Program-made: the position numbers and the translations under genes
Notes under the pieces: generated by a model
Database searches by the model: none
What the model was told of the DNA's origin: nothing
The model's input: only the letters and a program-made list of their open reading frames with translations
Part shown: one piece after another, positions 1 to 10,951 of the stretch
How positions within the stretch are numbered: the stretch's first letter is position 1
Layout: each line of letters opens with the position of its first letter
DNA from: Saccostrea cucullata
Taxonomy: Eukaryota
DNA length: 64,000 nt
NCBI RefSeq assembly: GCF_032062105.1
Contig: NW_026920581.1
Coordinates: 1,178,001 to 1,242,000, forward strand
Reading direction: 5' to 3'

Positions 1-246
1 GACTTCATGACCGTAGATTTTAACTTACCAATGAAAAAAAATTTAAGTATGGCCATTACTTTTGAATGGTTAGTGGAATGGCTTTCATATTTCACTGGTG
101 TATTCCTTGTGACAAACCTTTCTTTGAATTCTAACATTTTTGACTTCATGACCTTGACCTTGGAGTTTGACATTGGTAAAACAATTTACTGGTAACCTTA
201 TTGCATGATCTGCCATATGGGGCATAATGTTTCAGAAACACTTGTT
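1..246 (+). mobile_element. 3' part of a Helentron/HINE-like non-autonomous element
   Basis: Repeated gacttcatgacc units; ends in ggggcataa-tgtttcagaaaca-cttgtt (short hairpin plus T-run), the same end architecture as 48987-49565. Confidence 0.5.
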
Positions 247-281
247 ATCTGCATGTATTTATTTTCTGAAATGTTTCCTAG

Positions 282-1888
282 GTGATGGAAATTGTGAGAC
301 AAGGGACACGGCCAGACTCCCTGAACAATGGAACGAGTGTAGAGATGTTACCACAGTATAAAGTACTGATGCATACATGCTGGAACGCAAATCCTGACAA
401 TCGACCCAAGTTCACACAGGTAAAATAGAACAGATTACAGGGGACATAACATCGTAATTTATTAAACATTGCCACGCAGCACTGTTAAGGCCTACTACGA
501 GAAATCAACAGAAAATAGACGTGCAAAAAAGGGGGATTTTTTAAAAATTGAATTTATTTTAATTAAGCTGTTTTATTATCACAGAACTTTAATACTTATG
601 GAAATAGCATAGTATAACCCACTCTGTACTGTATGAAGTTTAGTCCCATCAGTGGACAGTCACGTGATGAATGCATAGTTTGTGTACTGAATGTAGGTCA
701 TTAACAAATTTCAATATCGCAAGGGCATACATGTACCCTAGTTGAAATTTAAAATTCAAGTTATTAATTGTTTCTGCATACTTTGTAGTTTCTGAAAAGT
801 GCTGCTGCTTTGAATAGAATTTGCCTTTTAATAGTTAAATTTTCAAGGAAATAGGCCAATGTCGAAATATGTTTGACTTTTACCAAATATTTTGTGTACT
901 TATAAAATCACGCCCTCAATTTAAAGAAAGCAGCAGCTTTTTTCAAGTTAAGGAAAATATCCTTTATCTATATTCAAAAAATGGTTCAGATCTATGCATT
1001 GTATGCCCTTGCGAAAGTACGATTTTATGAGTCATCTCGATGTAAAATATACGTAACCTGTACATAAAAACACGACATACGGTAACTAATAAAATACATT
1101 CTCTTGGTAGTTAATTAATATTCGCACTAAAGAAAGGATATACATTGATATTACTGGTAATCGATTAATTAAAACCTGTAAATAATATTCCGTTTAATAA
1201 TAAAACGCATTTTTCATTGTTAAAAAATTCCTCAATCTGCCTCTCACAGCACATGAAATACGTCATTTTTACCAATATGACGTCATGTTTACAAGTTCAT
1301 CACGATCAGTACTTTGTTTATAACCAGCTACATGGCCAGGGGATATAACTAGCAACTTTTTTTAATGCATTGACAAGTTATATTTTGTTTATTATGCTAA
1401 TACAGTTAAAAGTTGCAAATTATTTCATTTCCAGGTATTATGAGAAATGCATAAAAGTCATATTTTTGTGTGACGTCACAGTAAACTTTTCCCGTATAAA
1501 TTAAGCCCCGCCCCCTTTTCAAGCCTTAACAATGCTGCGCAGTTTGCATTTTTTGGTTGTTTTTTTTTTCTATGGGAATCATATGGATAAGTGAATAATA
1601 CATGTCATGTAGTTTATACATAATATACATACTTTTGATCAATAGAAATTTACTGCTGAAGTAAGGACATCTAAGTACATTTATAAATGTTTACAGAATT
1701 TTGTTAAATGTTGCATTGTCTTGTTTGTTTAGTCTATATACTTAATCAATTTATAATGACTGAACCCCCAAAAAATACTACAGGTAGCCACAAGGCTCAA
1801 AGAAATCTTGTCCCAGGCCAGGACGTACCAAAAAAACGTGGTCAACAAAAAGAAGCAGTCGGGCAGCTCCTCTGATCTCAAATCCTGA
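282..1888 (+). CDS. 3' end (last two exons) of a protein kinase, probably tyrosine kinase or TKL type
   Basis: Exon 282-419 (ttcctag|...|gtaaaa) reads VMEIVRQGTRPDSLNNGTSVEMLPQYKVLMHTCWNANPDNRPKFTQ, which contains the kinase subdomain XI motif CW-x3-P-x2-RP-x-F. Exon 1784-1888 (tacag|) continues in phase 0 as VATRLKEILSQARTYQKNVVNKKKQSGSSSDLKS*. Upstream exons lie outside the window. Confidence 0.85.
489..1525. mobile_element. TTAA-flanked non-autonomous DNA element in the kinase intron
   Basis: TTAA at 485-488 and 1526-1529, termini GGC...GCC, and an internal inverted repeat tcgcaagggcataca (~718) / tgtatgcccttgcga (~1000). Confidence 0.5.
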
Positions 1889-2668
1889 CAACCGTGCCAT
1901 TACATCATCCATATCAACTTCCTGTGAAACGTCTGCTTATTTTTATACACATTGAAATTGGAGAGGAGAATGCGATATATATCCTTTAGTATGTGTTTGG
2001 GAATGTGATAAATATATACCAGTGATTTATTCAAATGAGAAATTAAAACTTTAAAATAAGTTTGTATACTTACCAGTTATATAAATCCAATCTTTGTTTT
2101 ATTTTATCCATATGTATAGATTGACAACACAATATACGTGTAAGAGTGCCTTAGTTATGTAATCCACTCTATTAAGTATTATGACATGCTGTTATGCATT
2201 GTTATATATATCTGATTTGTGATATATATGAATTATTTTGAATTCAGTAGTTTATTGTATATATGTACCTTAATGATAGAAAGCCATTAATTCTAGTGAT
2301 ATATTTTACACGTTTTATCATTGTGTGACTGAATTTGTTACGGATTATAAGAAGAATGAATGATTCTGTCCGTTTCCAGAGTGTTCCATGTTTATTACCT
2401 GACTGCTTTCATTGTTAAATGTGATTCTGCTTTCTCAGTTACTCATATCTAGTTATTTTACAAATTTTGTACTTTGTTATTTATGGGTGAAAATTTCGTC
2501 AAAATTTAAGGAAAAAAAATGAATCCAAAAAGAAAGTATTCTTCCAGTCTACTCATAGTGTCTAATTGTACAGTGTCTTTAATTAAAAAAAAAACAAAAC
2601 AAAAAGCACAAGATGTGCTAATTTTGGCTGAGATTATGTTAGGTCTTTCAGGGTTATTGTTGTAGGGT

Positions 2669-2855
2669 ATACTGTATAAAGGGAAATTTTAGCCCCCGTA
2701 TTAATTTCGCCCCTTCAGCCCTACCCTCATTTGGCCGAATTAAACTGGGGCAAATTCAATGCATACTGTACAAAACTATGACTGGGTGAATTAAAAGGGG
2801 CAAAATTGTTTGCATTTGTAAAGGGTCGAAAATAATATAATCTTCGTATACAGTA
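2669..2855. mobile_element. Tc1/mariner-like MITE
   Basis: tactgtata...tatacagta termini (TA-flanked CTGTA/TACAG) with repeated ttcgcccc/ggggcaaa motifs. Confidence 0.5.
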
Positions 2856-3125
2856 TTCTTTTTTAAGTCAATCTGATTTTGAAAGTTGTAGATGAATGGA
2901 TGCCTCTATTGCATCATGCAGAGTGTATTGATGGTAGCTGTAGAAATGTTCATCAACATCTGCATTAAATCATTAGGTTAGTTGTTTAAATTTTAACTTT
3001 AACCTTCAGGTGACACAGAAATGGCAACAATATTAATTAAAGACACGTTGGATCACACCCCATTGTGTTGGTAGGTGGTGATGTGTCAAGAAACGTATTA
3101 CATGTATTTTTGTTTTCTGTTTTAG

Positions 3126-3359
3126 TACTGTAAGTCGTTTTAATTCCACGGTGTTAAAATTTCACGATATCCCAAAAAGTACCAATTGCGATGGTTTTAA
3201 TTTCACGCTGCAAGAATAAATTCAAAATTTCCTATACGTAACATTAACATTATTAAAAACTAACAATAACATTCACGATGGGTTTAATTTCGCGGAAAAT
3301 TAATAAATCGCGAACAGAGCGAAATTAAAACCATCGTGATTATTTGCAAATCTACAGTA
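3126..3359. mobile_element. Tc1/mariner-like MITE
   Basis: tactgta...tacagta termini with repeated tttaatttc(a/g)cg motifs and their complements. Confidence 0.5.
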
Positions 3360-4544
3360 TTTGATGTAATTACAAATTTACTTGGTGTTGAATATGTTTT
3401 TCCTTTGATTTTTTGTAATATTTATATTTGTAACTATCAGAAAGGATGTTGGGAATTGATGTTGTTGACTAGTTTTATGTGTAATGTGTATTGAATCATA
3501 AAAACTTCTTACCTCATAAAAATCCTATGCATCCTCTAATTTTACATTGAACAGAACCAACTGTTTGTATAAAAGATTTGATTTGTAATTGACTTAGAAG
3601 CCTAACAAATCACATATTTCTATAATAAAGGTATGTTGAAAAAGTTAAAACTTTATGGGAATACTGGTACATGTATAGATATATTTGATTGATTTTTGAC
3701 AGTGTTAATTGAGGTTATAAAAGTCTGGAAAAGTAGAGTGTATATTTTAGATTAGATAATCAAGGAAATGAATATTGTACCAATTTCAAAACCATGTAAC
3801 TTTATGGATTATTCAAGGAAGGGGATGAACTACCTGCAATTTAAAAGGCCTTTTCTGTGTATTTTGGGGGATTAAACATTTCATTTATTTTAGAATTTAT
3901 TTCATATGGATAATAGCTACTCATCAGAGGAAATGAGAAAAGTATATATCCAGAGAAGTTATTGAATTATGCTGTTATTTGTAACAAAGTGAAAGTTAGG
4001 TGAATTTTAAAAATTGACTACCTCAATACATGTATGTGTTGTTTTTACCTGAGTTCAATTTAATTGATTCTTACTGGGGTATTTACCAGCATTACTAGAT
4101 TTAATGTAAATCAGTGGATTGATTTTTTTTTTTTTAATAAATTGATTATTTTTTTTTTTCACCATTACATTTCTATAAAAAAAAATCAAAGAAAAGTACA
4201 TGTATATAGGATAAAAAAGTTCAATCTAGGATGAATTGCCCAATCTATGATAAAACTCAGCTGTGTGTGCTAAAATGAATGTACCTTATGTATTCTAGTT
4301 AAACTGCTTTAAGTAAAGTTGATCTTGTACATTTAGATTTACTATAAAACTGTATACATTGTTATTAAATCAGTGCAATAATATATTGACATTTTTGATT
4401 AATACAGTGGTATAATTATATTCCAATTGATTAAGACAATCCTGACCTTTGTTTTATGTAACCAGAGTATATTAAATAAATATATACCAAAATTATATAT
4501 GGCTTATATATTTCAGAGGGGAATGAGAAAAGAATGTAAAGAAC

Positions 4545-4880
4545 AAGGTTCACTTTTGCCTTATTTGGCCCTGTGAATTTCTGAAAAACCGGAAACTGCT
4601 TAGTTTTAGTTCACAATGCATTGAATGTCACTTAGATCTTTGGTGATTGCATATCTATCAAAAATGTCATAATTTTTTAGCTAGTCAATGCATTATGACA
4701 TTACAAAATGCATGTTTCCTCATTTTCTGAAAAAGTCTACAGAAACTGCCAATTCTAATAGCTATTTTTAGATATTTAATATAGAGTGCAACCTCTGATC
4801 TAAAATATGCAACTAGTAAATGATAAAACTGTTTCTGAAGATTGAAAGACATGTTTTATTTTGTAGACCAGAGTGCACTT
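4545..4880 (+). repeat. Diverged copy of the MITE family at 28685-29268, in opposite orientation
   Basis: gccttatttggccctg(t/a)gaatttctgaaaaa...ctagtcaatgcattatgac aligns by eye to the reverse complement of ~29090-29265. Confidence 0.6.
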
Positions 4881-5573
4881 ATATTATTTTTCTTCATTGA
4901 AAGTACTGAAATATACCTGTTAAATTCAAGAATATTGCAATTCATAAAGCCAGTTCTCCAAGACCTGGACTTAGAGAAGATAATTTTTAATAGGGAATGA
5001 AAGCACTAAGTCTCTATTTTATTTTAATGCTTCAAATAGAACATCAAGTGTTAATCAATCAATTGGTATATCTACAGGGCCATTTTATGCATAAAGTGAA
5101 CTGAGCTCTTTGAAGATGTTTGTGACTGGATTTAGGACAAGAAAATCGAATCCTAAACTGAGGTGCAAAAAATTGGTTGTTTGCCCTCTTCTAATTCCTG
5201 ATTTTCTCATCCCATCAACATGTATTTTGAAATTTTTCGGAGGAAAAAATTGCCAAAAAAAGTACAGAGTAATCTTTTTATACAGAGTCAAGAGGACATG
5301 GAAACATTAAATATTTTAAAGATGGCCTGAGTTACTCAAGTGATATATTTTTCTGCACAGAAAAAAAAACAAGATGTTGTTCTAATTTATTTCTTTAAAA
5401 AAATCATGTATACAATTGAAAAAAAAATATTCGAAGCAATGAACACATTGTGGATTTTTTTTCAACATTTGTTTTTCTGTACTTAATCTGTTTGATTTTT
5501 CAGTCAATAAACAAGTAAGATGTAGATGTTGCTGATTTGGTCATGTGACAATTTCCAAACACTGCTGACTAGG

Positions 5574-8500
5574 TCATGTGACATTCTCCACATCCGTAAC
5601 ATCAGGGTCCTCTAGTTTTTCAGTAACGTCTTTTAAGATTTGGATACTTTCTTTTTTCTTCTTTAATCTTTCATTTAATTCTTGGATCTCATATCTTATT
5701 TTTGTTTTAGCTGCTAAAATTTTCTCTGCAGTTTTCTCTTTCTTCTCTTCAACTGCAAAAAATTAAACATTGGTGGTACTGTATATGATACCTATTACAT
5801 ATTTGATAGAAAAACTTATTGAAAATTTTTTAGAAACCAGAAGATAGGCATTGCTACCAATTCCTCACCTGACAGAAAGATTTTGTTTTGGATAGTTTTG
5901 ATTCATATATCTCCACAAAAGATAGAGTTTGAATTTTTTATTCATTAATTTCTTTATTCTAAAACCAAAAGGAATTTTATGACAAGAATACAACAAATAG
6001 GATTTTGTAACTCTTCTATTTTAGAAAGGTTGAGATGGTTTACTTAGCTTGCGAGGAATTCATAGCCATTGACTGTTCATGGTATTCATATTCAGTTTTA
6101 TAAAACCACTACTTACAATCAGTTTCATGTTTGTATGCTCCTATAGCCACAGGCCTTGTGCTGTTCAACAGTTGCTGCATCATTGCTGTTGGGTCTTGAA
6201 AGATCTGAAAATAAAACACTTCTTTATCAAAATAACTTAAAAAAATAAATTTTAAAAACAAAAAGATATGTTCATGAAATACTTATGCCTCCCCTTGGAC
6301 ATACTTGCAAAGAAATTGAATGAAATCTGCAAATAACTAGAGAATTGTTTTAGTCCAGGGGGCATAACTGTTAAAAATTGCTCAATCTTGCACAAAACAG
6401 AACTTCACATTGACATTCTTATGATAAATCTGTATACCAAATTTCATTTCAGTATGTACAGCTTCTGCAAAGAAAATTAATAGAAACTGTTGGTGGGCCG
6501 AAAGACAGACCGACGAACAGATAGACAGAAGCAAAGCAATATGCCCTCCCTTTCTGGAAGGGGGCATAATAACTTAACAATGCACACGTTTAGAAAAATT
6601 TTGATGCAAGAACTAGTGGCCCATACATTAAATATATTGAGTTTAAAAAATATCTTATATTTTAGGCTTTTTAATTACATACATGTACACTGTACAGATT
6701 TGGATCTTTTTTTCTGAATCCTAATTTAGAGCTAAATCAGTTAAGTGAAATTCTCTTTCCTGTTGGCTTTTGTTTTTTGTATCATACCATTTCATCATAG
6801 TATTCAGCAACAAGGGACTTTTTTCCAAGCATGATGTCAGTCTCACTTTGAAACAGCTTCAGTAAATGATAAATAGTGACCTAGGAAGAACAAAAACAGA
6901 AACGTAATGCATTCATGTCAGATGTATGAAGAAGTAACTGTGTTATGAGAATTTATTCATGTTCTATGCTACATGAAATATGCATACTTTGACGCTCTTG
7001 GCAGAATTAAAGTATCTAAATGTAGCAAGTTTCCATATTATACAGGACATTTTTTTTAATGAATATGACAATATTATAGCAATAGTATATGCATACTAGT
7101 ATTCTCTGGTGTGATAAAACTGAATATTATTTTTATCATTTATTCCAAGCTCTCTGACTGGCTCAAATTTGATCACATGATTTAGTATATAACAGCATAA
7201 AGACTTGAGTTACTATTTTTAAAATCTGAAATGCATATAGACTTGATGTTTCTTAAAATGGAGATACTTTTTTTTGGTAAAACAAAAAAATAGTACAGAT
7301 CAACTCATCAAGTATGACTTGATGTATCTGAAAAAAAATATTTACTACAACTTCTATTATTATTTTTTCATGTTCCTTAATTGATGAGACGTATCAATGC
7401 CTTGATGCCTTGAATTAAGATCTACTTTATATTAAAACATATTGTATAACTTTGTCAAAAATTTATACAAAACGTAATCAAATAAATTAAGTATTTTGAA
7501 TAAGTAAATCCTCTGAATTACTCCGTCAATATGAAGGAAACACATGAACATTAAATAGCTTAATTTATTTTGATCTCTAGTCTCTAAGCGTTAAAGAGAG
7601 AAGGCTTGTGCCTTGTTCCCATTATTTTCAAATTTTGTTTTGTCAATCTATGTAAAAAATAATATAACAAATGTAGCCCTTTAATTCGGTCAATCCATAG
7701 ATATATCGACTTCACAGAAAATCATATCGACCTCGCACTTCGTGCTCGGTCGATATGCTTTTCTGTGAAGTCAATATATCTATGGATGGACCTCATCAAA
7801 GGACTATATTTATATAATGATGAATAAAACTTACTGGTCTTTCATTTGGATCATTGAAGTAAATCTTTATAACCACTTCAAATTCTCCCCACCCCGTTTC
7901 TGTGACTTCATATGGAGGTTTAGTTACCACTGAAAAATGAAAACATTACTATACTGCAGAAACTTTGTTCTAACTTGAAACCAGATAATTAAAGTAATTC
8001 TTTTGTGTATTAAGTTTTGTGATTGATCTTATTATATTTAAGTATATTTTAATATTCAAACAATAAAATAAAATAATTTAATGAATACACCAGTTCATTA
8101 CTGAACTTTGTATAAACTCAGCTTGATGCCCATAAAGACAACAAAGAATAGAAATGAATTTTTAAGTAGATCTACCACGATATCAAGAAAACTACATAAA
8201 ACATTACAAGTAAAACTTGCATTATCTGTAACAGTTGAACATGTTAAACAATCAATACTTTGATTCAATCTGAAATAAGCTTTTCAAACTGTCTCTGTAC
8301 CTCTGTTTGGGTTAGGGTAGCTCTCATGTAGTTTGAAGTTAATTTTCTTCACATATGTTGACAGATCCTGAAGAGTCAGGTAAGTAAAACTTTAAAGCAA
8401 TACGCTACACATTTATAATTTCAGAGTATAAAAAAATAAACATTGTTTTCTACATATACCTTTTAAAATCACCTTTATAGCTTTAAAGGATACACTTCAT

Positions 8501-9059
8501 ATTATACACACTGCAGATTGTACCTCATTTTTGTAAGGTTTGACGTAAACCGTCCATTGATGTGTGTGACCATCCTCATCCCTCTTCTTTCCAAAATAGC
8601 GAGATATGTTTCCATAAATGATTGGCTTTACAATTGTCAGGCCCTAAGTAAGATATGCAGAGGACTTTGTTGATTTCCAAATGTTAACACAACACTTAAT
8701 AAAAATACTAAGGAACAAAATACTGAGAAAATCCACTCCGTACATATATTTAAAAGTATTTAGAAAGTTTACACACACTTTTCTCTTATTATAAATTTAC
8801 CGGTAATATGTTCTAATAAAAATGCCACCTCCTTTTTCATTAAATTTCAAGCACCATTTAGAGCTGATCCTCTTTGCAATGTAGGTACATATGATACAGA
8901 TCAACTCTGATAAAAGCTGAGAGCTAAAACAGGTTGATCCTGCTGCTCCATTCCATTTACTTTTGTGAATAAAATAATATTTAAATTGTTATTCTGACAA
9001 GAGTTATTATCCTGCTGTACCTTTATTCTGCCTCCAGAATCTGGTCCAAACTCAGCCAT
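5574..9059 (-). CDS. YEATS4: YEATS domain-containing protein 4 (GAS41/Yaf9 homologue), 226 aa, 7 coding exons
   Basis: Exons 9059-9021, 8643-8524, 8367-8301, 7929-7835, 6880-6788, 6204-6117, 5752-5574; all GT-AG and phase-consistent (681 nt). Protein [128 protein letters not shown]...[13 protein letters not shown]... closely matches vertebrate YEATS4. An acceptor at ~9070 implies an upstream non-coding exon. Confidence 0.97.
6258..6570 (-). mobile_element. Short Helentron/HINE-like element in a YEATS4 intron
   Basis: Same family as 58763-59222: shared ataaatctgtatacc/aaatttcatttca core, gacag microsatellite and atgccctccc...ggggcataa end. Confidence 0.65.
7673..7810. repeat. Long near-perfect palindrome (Crypton-like hairpin element)
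   Basis: tccatagatatatcgacttcacagaaaatcatatcgacc-tcgcacttcgtgctc-ggtcgatatgcttttctgtgaagtcaatatatctatgga. Confidence 0.7.
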
Positions 9060-9215
9060 TTAATAATGTCCTGAAATATATACAATAAAATACATAAATG
9101 GTATGCTACATTGTCTGAACCCAAAGGTTTTCTCTTCATTACCTTACATATATTCAATCAGGTTGAGTGAAGTATGTGTTATGCAGAGGAAACAAAAATA
9201 TATGTGTAAATAACA

Positions 9216-9311
9216 TAGCTGCAAAACTCTAGCTCTCCGAAAAAATTTATTGACAGACTGGTCTGTCAATATGTATTTTTCAGAGACTGAGAGCCACAGT
9301 TCTGCAGCTAT
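9216..9311. repeat. Small palindromic MITE
   Basis: tagctgca...tgcagcta termini and central attgacagactggtctgtcaat; related sequence at ~18305-18470. Confidence 0.5.
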
Positions 9312-10104
9312 AATTAATAAAGATTATGTAGTAGCATTCATAGACTTGCATAACTCATTTACAAACAAGTGATTGAGGAAAAACGTAAAAATTTCATACA
9401 CAATGTTTTGCTTTACACACTTATTCTGAAGCTAAGGTGTAAGCAGGTCCAGTACAATCACTAGACTTAGCTACGTAGGTAGAATTACCTTTGTATCATA
9501 TTTTACTTACCGCGGGTATCTTTACCTATTTTAATGCAACTTTTCAATTTTTTACCTTTCATTAAAAGAGACAAAAAATTGCAAGTAAATGACTATACAG
9601 GGAGGTTCTAAAAAAACAATCCATTGTTTGCAACAATATTACCTGTCAATGACTATACATGAAAAAAAACAATCCAAAGCAGACATCTGACGAGAAGATT
9701 GTGACGTAACACAAAACTTCACACTTAACTGAAATTAATAATATGTAGTATTTCCGACCTATCATCAGGTTAATCAAAATTGGACTTTTTTGTCATTTCA
9801 TTCAAGGAGTAACTGTTTTAACTGCCAGGCAAACAATTTCTGGGTCAACTTCAATATAAGGGTATGTAGTCCCTATGCGGAAGCTTGTACATATATAAAG
9901 TAGTGATTCAGTTCTATTGTCGACCGGAGCCAGTTGACATTTTACCATTTCTACTTTCAACTTTTAGAACTTTGATTGCAATTGCACAGAAAAAAAAAAC
10001 ATTTCTTCAAGAATGACTTTTTCATGAATTGTTTTCAGATGAGTTCAAAGTTGTGATCAATGCATCAACATAAGATTTTCTGCACATCCTGAAAAAAATG
10101 TTTT

Positions 10105-10951
10105 TTAAAGCGAGCGCAGCGTCGCAAAGCGACGCTCACAAAGCGAGCTCAATAGACTAACGTGTAAGAACAGAGAAAATTCGGAATGAAATCTGTACAT
10201 ACGTCAGGCAATTTTTTCTGTGAAACATTCCCTTTACTACCCAATGTCCTTTGCGCAAATAAATAAATACTAACATACAGCATAAACGGCTTTCAGTATG
10301 TAGAAATCTTTCAGAGAAACAAAAAATAACTCTGCAATTTTTTCAACCCAAATTGCACTAGGTCTATAGTTTCAAACAGACGCTCGGCTGTCTCCGTAAG
10401 CTCAGACGAGCTCTGTGACGTCACAGGTAGTCGAGATGTCTCGCGCGGCTTGATGTTTGACGTGGCTGATCAATTTTTTCAAGTGTTTTTGATGGTATAA
10501 CTGCCAGGTCCAGCACAATACCCCGATAAAGGTTTATAGCTTGATAAAGCTATATAGCTTTATCAAGGTATTTAAAATACCTTGATCAAGGTATTTTATG
10601 TAATGAAAATTCAAAAAAAATCTTTAAAAATTAATTACTGAAAGTCGAGTTCTGAGTTGTTGTCAGTAAATTCACCCATGCATGTAAAGTACTCAAACAC
10701 AAACAAATCAGTAGAAAAACGTGTCGTGTGAGGAGACGTTATTTCATGCTTTCTTTTTGATACCAGAGCGTTTTCATGCACGAGTAGACACACTGACAAA
10801 AACTCAGAAGAGAACATGAAATACCTTGATCAAGGTATTTTAAAATACCTTGATGAAGCTATATAGCTTTATCAAGCTATATACCTTTATCGGGGTATTG
10901 TGCTGGACCTGACTGCGCTCCAACGCTTACGGTCACACCGTAAAACATATT
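10105..10951 (+). mobile_element. Helentron-like non-autonomous element (middle layer)
   Basis: T-run start; subterminal IR agcgagcgcag / ctgcgctccaacgct; 5' hairpin agcgtcgcaaagcgacgct; 3' hairpin ttacggtcacaccgtaa. Confidence 0.55.
10505..10911. mobile_element. MITE with ~90-bp TIRs and 5-bp TSD (inner layer)
   Basis: caggtccagcacaataccccgataaagg...cctttatcggggtattgtgctggacctg; TSD ACTGC at 10500-10504 and 10912-10916; TIRs built from palindromic sub-units such as aaataccttgatcaaggtattt. Confidence 0.85.

Noticed and set aside
5539-5583. Duplicated ggtcatgtgaca motif at the YEATS4 stop codon
   Set aside because: A 12-bp duplication with no further support; cannot be distinguished from chance or a small local duplication.
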